DNA of 64,000 nt from Eledone cirrhosa (Eukaryota), in NCBI GenBank assembly GCA_964016885.1, contig OZ024740.1, forward strand, positions 45,136,001 through 45,200,000, in the 5' to 3' direction. The position numbers and the translations under genes were made by a program. Below are positions 33,669 to 47,194 of this stretch, piece after piece. The notes under the pieces were generated by a model. That model ran no database searches, was not told the origin of the DNA, and saw nothing but the letters and a program-made list of their open reading frames with translations. Position 1 is the first letter of the stretch, and each line of letters opens with the position of its first letter.

Positions 33669-33707
<39 letters not shown>

Positions 33708-33719
33708 AATCGATATTTA

Positions 33720-35700
33720 ATAACCTGTCAAGGTATCATGTAAAAGACATACACAGGGAGCCTTCTTTAGTTCTTGCAATATCGTTGTGTCACCTACAAT
33801 ATTAAAACACCTAAGATGATGGGAATAGAGGCTGTATAGAGCAGCTACTAATCAACAAAATGATAAAGGAAACAGAACAGCAGGAACTTGGCTGACAGGT
33901 TGGTCTATCAGAAAGCAGTTGATAGTATATACTATGGGTGGATTTCAAAGTATTGCTATTAGCCAACGTTTCACAACTGGTAAGACTATCAGAAAACTTT
34001 TAATAGTATATACTATGGGTGGGTTATCAAAGTATTGCTATTAGCCAACGTTTCACAACTGGTAAGACTATCAGAAAACTTTTAATAGTATATACTATGG
34101 GTGGGTTATCAAAGTATTGCTATTAGCCAACGTTTCACAACTGGTAAGACTATCAGAAAGCATTTGTTAGTATATACTATGAGTGGGTTATCAATGTTTC
34201 AATTAGCCAATGAGTGGGTTATCAATGTTTCAATGTTTCACAACTGATAGTTGCTCTTCAACATCTAACCCAGATTTATCACACCACCTTAGTTCTCTGA
34301 GGTGACAATAAACAAATCACATCCAACACTGTACATTACCAAAAGGCTATCATGCAGAGGATGGTTTGTCAGTACTACTCTTTGTCCTCTTGTTAAACCT
34401 ATTATTATACCTACTCATAAAACATAATACCTATTACTCATAAAATATAAAACATAAATTATAGAAAATGATATTTTGAATCCATACACCTTAAACTTTA
34501 TGACCAAATAGTAACCATACCCAAATATAATTAAATTTCATTCAGTATGTCCAAATGTGCATTTTTGGTGTAAAAAGAAGAACATTTGTGGTCTTCCTTA
34601 AAAAACTAAACATGGGCAGGTGAACAATTCAGCTTTTATGTTCAATTAGGAACTCTACATATCGTGGACAAGATCAAAATGGCAAGTATGATGGACCCAT
34701 TAATAAGGAGAGGACAAGAAATGAATACATAAAAAAAGTAAAGAAATCTGATTACCAGAACTCTCAGTCTATAACAAGTACATGGCTCCCAATATCTTTT
34801 CAGTGCCTCTCCTAGCATCTACATTTGGCTTTCTGAACAGGTCACTACAAAAACTTAGTGGAGTGATGAATAGTCCAATGTTACTGGAAATTTCATTGTA
34901 AATGGAAATGTAGACAGATTATATTTCCTACACAAAAAGAGTAACCTTGGCCGCAAATCTCTATTTACATCATATGAGACCCCTATTATAACACTGAAGC
35001 AACATCTCCATCAGAGAAAAAAGATCAACTATTATCTCAATCAAGTCTGTGAGCAGGAAAATAATATCATTAATAAACTTAAGAGAGACATGAAATAAAA
35101 GCTGGTACAGATCATTTCCGTAATGAATATCAGAAAATCATACTTAATACTAAACAAAATAAGAAAATAGGCCAGTTCACTGAGGAGATAGTACACAGAT
35201 ACTACAAAAAAAATTAAACCACACCAAAACACTGGCTTCGTGCAATCCAGAAACAAGAAATCTGGCTCGAGTGTTTACAGCACAAAATACAAAAATCATC
35301 AGCTAACAACAAATGTTGGTATGGTGTAGTAACCATAACAATTTAGAATAGGGTGGGAATGAGAAAAATACCAACAAATAAAAACAAATATATTAAAACC
35401 GATAAATCAAAAATATATTGATGGAAACTAAGAATAAAAACAGCAAACAAATTAAAACTACAGAATTGATATTGGTTGTTTGGTACCACAAAATAAAAAC
35501 ATGCTGAGGTGTGAATGTCAGCTGTCTATTTGACATTGATGTGAAAAGAAAAAATACAGAGGAAAGACAACATCCACAGGCCATTGATGAGAATTCTATA
35601 AATCCAGTGTCCAAAATACACTTTTGGCTTTATGCCCATTATTATTGTAATGAGAAGATATATACCAACTCCACTAGATCAAAATATGGCTGAACTTGGA
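33720..35700 (+). mobile_element. Highly decayed R4-like RT-RLE retrotransposon
   Basis: Remnants GCIEQLLINKMI (33830), DYQKAF.SI (33905-34190), KAIMQ/DGLSVLLFVL (34340-34395), NVDRLY (34905), and an RLE-like segment near 35460-35545. Confidence 0.6.
33905..34210 (+). repeat. 82-bp minisatellite, ~3.7 copies
   Basis: AGCCAACGTTTCACAACTGG recurs at 33961, 34043 and 34125; the middle copies are identical. Confidence 0.9.
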
Positions 35701-36011
35701 TTCTTCAAGAAAGAACATAACTCCAAAATGTATATGCTAATATACTATACATGCAATAAAATCTGGAATAGTTGCACAAAGGATAAGAAAACCTGACTCT
35801 TTTCTTTACAACTCTACTACTGAGTAGGTGACTGGGGAAAAATATACTCTAAAAACACCCATCTGTAGGCAAAAACATACACAAACACTTACACATATAT
35901 ACATGCATATGTACGTACGTTCAAGCATGTGTGTGTGCATGCATACATGCATACATGCATACATACATACATACATACATACATACATACATACATACAT
36001 ACATACATACA

Positions 36012-37028
36012 TGATGGCTGCCAACTCGTTTCCGAGTACGGCCACTACTTTATATCCATGTCGGAGAACCCCTACCGATGTGCTGAACGAGTGTGACTTT
36101 TTAGTCCAGCCTGCGACATGAATACTCTGGTACAAACACTACACCTGTAACAATTATTGACACATAGTGCTGGGCCCATGGTACCATGTGACGACATATA
36201 TACATACATACATACATACATACATACATACATACATACATACATACACACATACATACACATATACATACATATATACATACATATATACATATATACA
36301 TACATACACATACATACATACATACATACATACATACATACATACATACATACATACATACACACATACATACACACATACATACACACATACATATATA
36401 TATACATACATATATATATATGGTGGCTGCCAACTCGTTTTCGAGTACGGCCACTACCTTACATCCATGTAGGAGAACCCCTACCGATGCGCTAAACAAG
36501 TATGACTTTTTAGTCCAGCCAGCGACTTGAAAACTCTGGTACAAACACTACACCTGTGACAATTATTGACACATAGTGCTGGGCCCATGGTACCATGTGA
36601 CGACAAGTGCAGAGAGATCTCCATATATAAAGCAATGCCTGTGCCGTGAAGCTTTTATAGTGAGTAAAGGCACTGCACAAAGCCAGTCCCACTCTCTTAA
36701 CCAAGATGATATTTACCAAAAAGAAGAACAAGTCAACATCATTGGATACCATCAGGGTTGCAGGTGTTATATCAGAGTTTTCCTTCTCCTAGAATTCTGC
36801 CTTGACAAAGGCTAAGGGGTCATCTCTCCCGGTGATTTTGGATGGCCATTGACTCTTAAGAGCTCCTTTTCCCTTTGACAGGTTTTGTTTTTAGTCCCGC
36901 AGGATGTACAAAGTCACCCTCCTCACCAAGAAACCTTGGTGGGATTGCCAGTTTAGTCGCCAACGACCCGACCATGAGACAGGTTGTACTGGGATACATG
37001 TTACCAGTAGCACCAACTGGTGACCTGA
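36012..37028 (-). mobile_element. RTE-derived ~600-bp element: truncated copy (36012-36195) and full copy (36421-37028) in (CATA)n
   Basis: Near-identity to 5838-6443 and 44772-45380. Confidence 0.8.
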
Positions 37029-37069
37029 CATAAACATCTCTCATACATACATACATACATACATACATG

Positions 37070-37562
37070 ATGATGATGATGATGGCTGCAACTCAATTTC
37101 GAGTAATGCCATCGCTTGATACTTAAGCATGAACATCAGGGACTTGCCTATGGCCAGCAATACCATGCATTGCAAAAAATGTCATATCAAGCAATGCCTA
37201 TGCTTGAAGTTTTTTTAAGTGAAGAAAGGCTTTGCACAGGACCAATCCCATTCTCTGAACATCGAATACATTTACCCAAAAAGAACTGTTCAACATCATT
37301 GGATGTAAACAAAGTCGCAAGTTTTATATCAGAGTGACCTTTTCTTAGAGAGATGTCTTAGTGAAGACTAGGAGTCTCTCACTCCACGAAAAAAAAATTA
37401 ATCAATTAATTAAAAAAACTTTATTGGATGGCCATTGACTCTCCTGAGTTCTTCCACCCTTTGACGGGTTTTGTTTTTTATCCCGCAGAGTGTCCAAGTT
37501 CACCCTCCTCACCAACCAGGCTTGGTGGAGTTGCTAGTTTAGTCGCAGACGATCTGACCATG
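37070..37562 (-). mobile_element. Diverged relative of the ~600-bp RTE-derived element
   Basis: Shares GGATGGCCATTGACTC..CCCTTTGAC.GGTTTTGTTTTT..CCCTCCTCACCAA and CAACATCATTGGAT blocks; different 3' part and (CAT)n tail. Confidence 0.6.
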
Positions 37563-37605
37563 CATACATACATACTTACATACATACATACATCCATACA
37601 TACAT

Positions 37606-38140
37606 GGAATGCACTTTGGAAAACAAAATTAAAAACAAACGAGGAAGAATATATTGAGACAGATGGCACTAAGGAATACTGGTGGAACTTGAAAATAAAA
37701 ACTGCCACCAAATTAAATCACAACCGGCCTGATATTGTTGTTTGAGACCACACATTGAAAACATGTTCTGTTGTGGAGATCAGCTGCCCACTTGATGTAA
37801 ACGTTGTCAGAAAAATACAGGAGAAGGAGGACATCTACGGACCATTGATGAGGAGTTTACAAATCCAGTATCCGAGATACACCTTTAGCTTCATACCCAT
37901 CATTATTGGAACTACGGGTTATATACCAACCCGCTTGGACCAATGTATAACTGAACTTGGATTTGCGAACAAAGAGCGCAGCTCCCTAATTCATAGTCTA
38001 CAAATGACTGCGATAGCTGGCACCTTCAAAATTTGCAAAACATTCTTGCGATTCAAGGGATGACAATTTCTTTTCTTTTACAACCTTGCCACCAGGAAGG
38101 TGGCCGGTCAAAAATATACTCGAAATTAAGAGAAAGAGAG
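37606..38140 (+). mobile_element. 3' fragment of a second R4-like (RLE) retrotransposon in (CATA)n
   Basis: YWWNLKIKT..NHNRPDIVV*D..CSVVEISCPLD..QEKEDIYGPL..IPIIIGTTG, a PD-(D/E)xK RLE pattern. Stop at 38061; (CATA)n on both sides. Confidence 0.8.
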
Positions 38141-38269
38141 AACATACATACATACATATGCATACATACACACACACATACAGATACAAATATGTTGAAT
38201 ATGCAAATATGTAGTTGCAGGTGAAGAAAAATCATTGCCCCCATGACAAGTTAAATAGCACAAAATAAG

Positions 38270-39500
38270 CTCTGTGATATGCAAACATTTAGTGAATGGA
38301 ATGAAAGAAGGAATTGCAGGATGCTGCTAATGCAAAATATACAAAAACATTCTTCAGTGAACTTCAAGCTGTTCATAGACGTGTAGAAGTTATAGCCCTC
38401 CTGTTGACCTAAAGGGACAGAACCTAATTTATGAACTGAAACTCATCACAGATAAATGGCTGCAGTACATTAATTAACAATTGACAATCACCAATGACAC
38501 TATCACTGAAGTACTACATGACCTGATGACAGACTATCAAGGTCATCAAGCAATATTCTAGCAGAAAAGCCTTGGGTGAGGACGGTGTTCCACCGGAAGT
38601 ATACCAGACGTATGCTGGAGACAAGGAGATACTCTAACTCAGTCAACTTCTCAGACAACTGTGGATTGAGAACACTGTTCCACAAGATTTCAAAGACACA
38701 GTGATCATTCACTTGAATAAGAACAAACATGACAGATGGGTGTATGACAATCATGGGGTATGGGGTAATATGTCCTTTTAATATCACTAGTAAGATCTTT
38801 ACAGAGAGATCATTAACCTTCTTACCCACCCTTTTGATAGTTTTCTCAGAAATTCATGATGGCTGCAGTAAGACAAATCCAAGAAAAATACAGAGAACAA
38901 AATCTTGATCTCTACTCAATGTTTGTCAGACTCATTAACGTATTCAATTTCATCAGTTATTAAGAGATTTGGTGACTCCTCATGACACCTGGATGCCTGT
39001 CAAGGGAAGTTAAAATCAGTTGTTCATTCCATGATTGCAGGAATACCCACATCACAGACCTTGATGGCATATTACATACATTCTCAGTCTCAAATAGAAC
39101 CAAGCAGGCATGCAACATGGCATTAGTCCTATTTAGTATTATCTTCTTTCTAAGATGCTTTCAGGGACTGTATTAAAGATGTGTTGATCAGATTCAAGTA
39201 AGACTGCACTATCTGTAACTCCAGTATCTAAAAGCACAGACAAGGGTTTTATTTCTGCTTGCGTATGGATTCATCTATGAATGTTGATGGCTTACTCTCA
39301 AGATAATTTACAGGGCACAGTAAATGTTTTCACTATAACAACCATTCACTACAGGCTCACCGTCAACATTAAGAAGGCAGAAGAGAGGTCAAGCAAAATC
39401 TGAGCTTTCTGCCTCTTCACAGAATCAACGACTGAGTGAGAGTAACTGAAGGTTAAATAAAGATTTTCTTACAAAGAATGCCTGCATAGATAATAAGAGC
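38270..39500 (+). mobile_element. Ancient decayed RTE (BovB-like) LINE fragment
   Basis: Remnants VPQDFKDTVIIHLNKNKHDR..DNHG and AAVRQIQEKYREQNLDLYSMFV. Confidence 0.6.
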
Positions 39501-39634
39501 ATGACAGGTTAGTCCTGGGATTGATACCGCTCACCCACTTTCTCATTTGTTCTCTGAAAGAGATTGGACGTGTTCAGACATGGAAAGGGATGAATTTGAC
39601 CAAGTTCAAAATGTTGAAAAGCACATTGTGTCCT

Positions 39635-39935
39635 CTTATCCACAATCCACTATTTTACCCATGATTTGCCCATGGCATTGTTTATCCATGATTTTACCCA
39701 ACAATTTACACACAATTCATGATTTTAACCACAATTTTAGCAAAAATCAAAAGTTTCACAAACAATCTGCTATTTACTCACAATTTTACCCACAATCTGC
39801 TATTTTATTACCCACGATTTTGCCCATCCTTTTACCCACAATTCACTACCTTACATACTATTTTACCCACAATTCACTACTTTGCACACCGTTTTACTCA
39901 CAATCTACTATTTTACCTACAGAAATTACCCACAA
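39635..39935 (+). repeat. Degenerate tandem repeat built on TTTTACCCACAAT
   Basis: More than ten imperfect recurrences with variable spacing. Confidence 0.7.
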
Positions 39936-41804
39936 ACCATTGTTATATTTTAATTTAGATATATGTTTGATGCATGAATTGTTTCTTTTCATGTAATGTC
40001 GAAGATATCAACTAACTAAGACAACAAATTGACAGAGTCATTAAAACGTCAGAATGTTTTGTGGTATTTGTTCCAGCTCTCTGCTTTCTGGGTTTAAATC
40101 CCACTGAGGTTAATTTTTGCCTGTCATCCTTTCAAGATCGATAAAAGCAGCACCAGTCTAGTACTGGGGTCGATTCTTCCTCTATATCTCTTTTTCACTT
40201 CAATCTCTCACTTTCTATTCTTCTCTGGAAGAAATCTGTTGTGCTCAGACCTGGTGAGGAATGGGCTCCACCAGGCTTAAAAATACCCTAAAAATGCTGT
40301 ATGCCACTACATCACCCCTATGACTCCATTAGGAGTTACAGGAACTATGCTTGTATGCAACAACCAACTTCCATAGTTTTTGTTCAACGTCTTTTTCATT
40401 TTTTCTACACAATTTACGTAAATGTGATTCAACAGTGTGTATGTGAAGGGTGGGGGTTTACATAATTGTTATTTATTTTTCTAGGAATTATATCATATTT
40501 AATATCTTTAAGCAGTATTTTCTTTATCTAGTCTATTAAGCTCCATTTGGCAAACATCATTTTGAAAACTTGTCCAAACAGCAATGTGAGTTATTTTATA
40601 CTTTTGTTTACAATATAGTGGCACAAACTTTCTATAGAAGACAAATAACAGACATGTGGTGTTAACTTATGTACAAGGCTTGTGAAATATAGAAGTAAAT
40701 AAAAGATAAGACCACCATTTTTTATCATTCGTGATTTTTATCATTAGATAGTTATGTTTTCATCTTCGCCTACTGTCTGCTTTAATATTTCAATACTCCA
40801 AGCAATGAATTGGCAGAATCATTAGATTCTATTTCAGATACTACCATTACCCACTTCATTATCTCTAGTGAGCACATCATGTGAGTGCAAGGTATTTTAA
40901 CACATTTCGATAAGTATTTTACATATATTTCTTTATTTGGCAGAATTTCAGTTCCCTAAGTACCACAACAACTTGCCCTAACCACTACCTCACCCAACCC
41001 CACAAACAATTTCTTTTTTCTTATTTCAATATTTAATGCCCCCTCCACACAAATAAATGTGTTGTTTCATTGGGATTTTTACAACCCAGTTAAGATTAAG
41101 GTTATGGTTTGGGTTTAGGTTAGAATTGAAGTTAGGCTTAAACTTATGGTTATAGTTAATGTTAATGTGTCAAAATGAAAAAGATGTGAATGCTGGTGAA
41201 GATGGGAGTGCAAAAGAAAATAAATAAACAAAAACAATGTTAACATAAAAAACTGAATTTTGACAAAAAAGGTATTTTGTTGCAGGCTTGTAATCTATTA
41301 TGTCTCAAAAATCCAAAGAACCTTTAAAAAAAATGATATAAAAACAAAACATTATGGGGTGGGGTCATGGACTTGAATATCTTCATTTTATTTCTTCCTT
41401 TTGATAATTTTTGTGGTTCTTCGAAACCATTCTGGGTCTTTTATACTTCCTTGTACTTTTTCTTCCCTGAGATTAGAGTTTCAGACAAAATGTTTGTTAT
41501 TTTTGCCCTGACTCTTTACATTCTGCGTTCAAATTTTGTTGTGGTTGTCTCTACTTTTCCTCTTTCAGAGGTTGATAAAATATAATAGCAGTCAAGCACT
41601 AGGTCGATTTAATCTACTAACTCATTGTTTTATATATGTATTTTATCTGCCATGAAGTACAAAAGCTGAAGAATAGATAAGTTCACCATTTCTTACAAAT
41701 TATGTTTAGATATTCATCTTTGCCTTCTTCACTTACTTCCTGTTGTAATGTTGCAGTGTCTTATCACTATTAGTAGTATTTTATAAGTATTTTATCTGTA
41801 GTTG

Positions 41805-41855
<51 letters not shown>

Positions 41856-42021
41856 CTATATCTAATTAAGATAAGCAAATAATTTTCTTTATTTATCTAT
41901 AATTATATCGTAATTAATATTCTTTAAGCAATATCTGGTCTAGTAGACACTGTTTTGCTGATTCACTCAACCTAATATGGTGTCAAAAGAAGTACAATCA
42001 ACTGATCAACTGTCATTTGCT

Positions 42022-42597
42022 CTCCTTGTCAGGTTTCTTTTATTATGACTTATGTCTCTTCATAATAGCGTTGGTGTAGAGAAGGATGAAGAGTTTACAG
42101 TAGATTGGTTGGTTATGGAGAAACTGGGAAAGTGCACTTTATTGTTGACTGGTCTTGTCCAGAGTACATGATTTCCTAGAAGTGCAAAGGGAAGGGGAGA
42201 ACCTTACAGTAGACTGACTGGCTGCACTGTAGATGTGGAGGAGAAATAGGACTTACAGTGGACTGACAAGCTGCACCTTTGAAATTGAGGAGCATGGGGG
42301 CACTAGGCTGCACTGTAGATGTGGAGGAGGAGGAATTTACAGAGGTCAGTGATAATTGAAATAATTGTTTCTAATTTTGGCACAAGGCCAACGATTACAC
42401 AGTGCATTACTGGTACTTTATTTCCCTTATGCGGTCAATAAAATAAAGCTGACAAGACCAGTCAGCAATAAAGTGCACTCTCCCAGTTTCTCCATAACCA
42501 AGCAAACCAACCAATATACTGTAAACTCTTCTTCCTTCTCTACCTCCACACCTTTATGAAGAGACATAAGTCATAATAAAAGAAACCTGACAAGGAG
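42022..42597. repeat. Older inverted duplication (~140-bp arms)
   Basis: 42022-42159 is the reverse complement of 42451-42597 with scattered substitutions and an indel. Confidence 0.85.
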
Positions 42598-44771
42598 GGC
42601 CGGAACTCTGAAGATTTCTGCACAGGGAAAACATGGACCCCACAAACTACAGTAAAGGCAATTCATCTAGGTTCTAGGAGATAAACAACTCTGAAGAACA
42701 TTTGATATCATGTGAAGGGTACACTTTAGTCCAGATAAACAACTATTCTAATGGTAGAAGCAAGATAAAATGCACCCATGCCATGCTGTAATATGGTTGA
42801 TGATAAGAAGAGCATCGAACCAACAAAACGATGTTAAAATCCTGACAATCAGAAGTGCAATAAAAAAAACCTAACTGCATTTACAGAACTAACATTCAAC
42901 ATGAACATAATGTTTAGTGACTTCAATGTAAGAAATAGATGAATTCAGAGACACAAGAATGGTATGGAAGCTGAAAGAGACCTTTTTTATATAGAGATTC
43001 AGGGTGGTTCAAGGAGGGAAATATGTTGAGAAAGGGCAAAGGATAACTAGTTATAACTAAGAAGATAACTTGGAGCTTGCTCAAGACAACTTGCTGCATG
43101 CTCTAAGACCAGATATGTGGTGGAATCATGGTTCAGCCAGACAAAAGATCAATCAGCTGTTCAATGGGTCAATGATTGGTTCCTATCACTTTCATAGAAG
43201 AAACTGACTGGAATTAGTTGTGCACCTGACTTGTGAAAGTCTATATTCCTTTATCAGCTTAAAACGAAGTAATTGCTGTTTCCTAAAGTTTGTTTTGTAT
43301 AATGGAGCTCTGTCCATTTTGACAATGAGTATGCAGTTGTTCAATCAGTAAAACTACCTGCTCATTGAAATAGCATGTAAGTGGTTGAGTATTCCACAAC
43401 ACGAAGCATAATTATGAGAAAGAATCAGTATGACAATGTGTATGACAAAGAAGCACCTTTGAATAACAAGTACAATCCATCCAATGAGCTTCTACACAGT
43501 TTCCATCTACCCAGCTTTACTCACAAGACTTAGATTAACCCAAAGCTATGGTAAGAGACTTGCAGAAGCTCCATGCCGTGGGCTCAAACATGATACCCTA
43601 TGATTGTGAAATGAAATTCTTAACCATTCAGCAACAAGTGAATCTTTTTATTGCCAGTAGTGTTTTAATAGCTCTCTAAATATGTTTTACTCCATTCTTA
43701 CTCTGGCTACAATGATAGTGAAGCAGCCTCACCTTCACTGCTAATTAGGTCACCTATGTAATTGAAGCTAACAACTACTTTTGAAAGAATTTATTTCACA
43801 AGTGTTCTTACAGTTAAACTATTCCTGTGCATGTGCTGCATACAAAGTCTTCTTTCTCCCTTTACCTAACTATCAGCCCAGTACACCTCCTCTTCCTTCT
43901 TCCTTTACCTAACTATCAGTCCACTATATTTCTTCTCTTTCTCTTTACCTACCTAACTATCATTCCACTACACCTCTTCCTTCTCTTGTTACTTAACTAT
44001 CAGTCCAGTACACCCCTTCCTTGTCGTGTTACCTTACTATCAGTTCAGTACATGTCTTAAACATTCATTTTACATTGAACTTTGAGTATGAAATTTCCTG
44101 TCAATCTCACAGATAACAGTAGTCATCTCTATGTCTTCTTAGCTGCAAAATGAAATTTTTTGTCTATATTAGCTTTACTATGAAGCTTCTTGATTTTAGG
44201 CTTTGCTTTCACATCTGGCATTTTTTCTCTGATAGAAGTAGGTTATTGGTATATAATATACAGGTGGGGCTGAGAATTGAGCCCTGATTGATTCATACAT
44301 TCCTGCTAAATTCCTCACTGAACTTGTTGCCAATTCTTATGTTGCTGATGGCACCTTTGTGTATGGTTTGAACAGCTCTTGCATGTCATTCATTCGTATG
44401 CACAATTGTATGCAGACATATGGCATAGACATGTACACACACACACACACATACACACTCATATATATACACACATAAATAGTAATTGCACATGCACACA
44501 TACACACACAAACACCAGTGTACTAAAGAGACAAGTCTATTTACAACATTAGTGCAAGTACATGCAAAGACCTACATATATGCACACACATACTAACTTG
44601 TACAAATCATCCTTGAAAATGTCTTAACTCAAATAAAAAAAGCCATCTCAATTTGGACTTTTGTGAAGAACTTAAATAAATCTCAGAGAAAAAAGACATA
44701 CATACATGCATGATTGCACAGACATAGATACAGGCAAACATACATGCATGCTTGCTCACATACATACATAC

Positions 44772-45380
44772 ATGGTGGCTGCCAACTCGTTTTCGAGTAC
44801 GGCCACTACTTTATATCCATGTAGGAGAACCCCTACCGATGTGCTGAATGAGTGTGACTTTTTAGTCCAGCCAGCGACTTGAAAACTCTGGTACAAACAT
44901 TACACTTGTGACAATTATTGACACATAGTGCTGGGCCCATGGTACCATGTGACGACAAGTGCAGAGAGATCTCCAGATATAAAGTAATGCCTGTGCCGTG
45001 AAGCTTTTATAGTGAGCAAAGGCACTGCACAAAGCCAGTCCCACTCTCTTAACCAAGATGATATTTACCAAAAAGAAGAACAATTCAACATCATTGGATA
45101 CCATCAGGGTTGCAGGTGTTATATCAGAGTTTTCCTTCTTCTATAATTCTGCCTTGACAAAGGCTAAGGGGTCATCTCTCCTGGTGATTTTGGATGGCCA
45201 TTGACTCTTAAGAGCTCCTTTGCCCTTTGACAGGTTTTGTTTTTAGTCCTGCAGGATGCCCAAAGTCACCCTCCTCACCAAGAAACCTTGGTGAGGTTGC
45301 CAGTTTAGTCGCCAACGAGCCGACCATGAGACAGGTTGTACTGGGATACATGTTACCAGTAGCACCAACTGGTGACCTGA
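44772..45380 (-). mobile_element. RTE-derived ~600-bp element, full copy in (CATA)n
   Basis: Near-identity to 5838-6443 and 36421-37028. Confidence 0.8.
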
Positions 45381-45423
45381 CATACATACATACATACATA
45401 CATACATACATACATACATACAT

Positions 45424-45464
<41 letters not shown>

Positions 45465-45559
45465 TATACATATATACACATATATACATGCATACATATA
45501 TACACATGCATACATACATACACATGCATACATACATACACATACATACATACATACAC

Positions 45560-45605
<46 letters not shown>

Positions 45606-45839
45606 TCATCATCATCGTTTAACATCCATCTGCCACGCTAGCATATATTTGTAAATAATAATTGCACTGTCTACATACATATATACTTTCGTCATCATGA
45701 GGTCGCTAAAATTAGTTAGTACCAAACAATATATGGACTCGATATAATTATCTAAAACCTTAGAAAGCAGTGGCCCAGTAAAGCCGCAATCAAATATCTA
45801 AAACTGTTGCTTGTTTCAATTGTTAGGACCGACAAAAGA

Positions 45840-45993
45840 ACATGCTTTGACGCATAGAGTTACGGCCCTTGCCATTCTGAGTTCAAATCCCGCCGAGGTC
45901 AACTTTGCCTTTCATCTTTACGGGGTCGATAAAATAAAGTACCAGTAATGTACTGGATAATTGCTGGCCTTGTGTCAAAAGTAGAAACAATTA
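45840..45993 (+). mobile_element. 5'-truncated tRNA-derived SINE (family of 4913-5099)
   Basis: GAGTTCAAATCCCGCCGAGGTCAACTTTGCCTTTCATC...GTAGAAACAATTA. Confidence 0.75.
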
Positions 45994-47194
45994 TGTCAGA
46001 ATTACTTATTGTTTGTCTCCCTTTAATAAAAAAAAAATATTAACGAGTTATTTCCCTTAACACTTAAAATGTTTGTGTTAAAAGGAAAAAAGTAATTACG
46101 ATATAATTACACTGATGTTCACACCTGCTAAAAGAATTCTTTGTTATTTTACTCCAACATGATCAAATGATTCTTTACAAAGTCGATATATCAGGTTTAA
46201 TATTACTGGGCTTTAAAAGCTTAGTATATTATCAATAATGTAAATAACTGCACTTATGTACTGAAATAGAACATTTTTGTTGAAAACTTAAACAAACATT
46301 CCTGCTTCTTTTCCTTGTGGAGAGACGGATATTAATTAACTGAGGAAGAGGAATAGAGTCCATAAATAAACAAGAAATAAAACTGAGATGAGGCCGTAAC
46401 ATCTTGAGTTTATGTTGAGATGGTATGCAAGCCGTAAGTTGGAGGAGGAGGAGTAAGGAAATTGTCATAATAGTAGCAGAAAGAATGAAACACGACGCAA
46501 AACGAAAGCTAGTATTGCGAATGCTTGCTAGTCAAGCAGTCAGCTTTTCTTGGATACAATCCAGAACCATACGTATATTATGTGAACAGTATTCTTAATG
46601 TAGAGTAGTATATTTATGCTTTGTACTGTTCAGAGATAGCTGCTGTTCAGGATAGAAGTATTTTCAATCCTGAAAAAGAAATTCAACCATTCTTGGTTAT
46701 ATAACGATCATCATCATCATCTTCTTTGACGACCACCAACTGTTGGAGTGTGGGTGGTTACTCTTCTGAGCTCTCTTGAGATTTATTTACATCAGTAAGG
46801 TCTCCTTACCCTTTCTGACATTATAGAGATACTGACTGGTCTCCCACAATCCTTTCATTGTAGCCAACTGAGAGAGAACACTAAGGAGAAATACAGAGAG
46901 ACGGAATAATCGACCCCTGTACTTGAATGGTACTTTATTTATTATCCTCTGAAAATATAAAAAGCAAAGTTGACCTTAGCAGGATATCAACTTAGATCAT
47001 AAAACACTGGACAATACCACAGTGCTATATCTGATGTTTTAACAACTCAGCCAATTTGCTAAAGATAACTCTAACCCTAACAATATATGATTTCTTAAAA
47101 AAGTTATTGAATATTGTAAGACCGAGTAAACAGGGGAATTATTTTAACTTCATGTTGTTCAGCAAATGTGGTTGATTTTTATCTTTGAGATATT

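Noticed and set aside
33905-34210. CRISPR-like regular repeats (also 47195-47480, 56400-56660, 43855-44050)
   Set aside because: Head-to-tail tandem units without unique spacers, no cas genes, eukaryotic intron context.
41367-41585. Possible K/E-rich host exon on the minus strand
   Set aside because: The minus strand reads as a decayed SINE (TTTTATCAACCTCTGAAAG...ATTTGAACGCAGAATGTAAAG) with stops and no matching splice phases.
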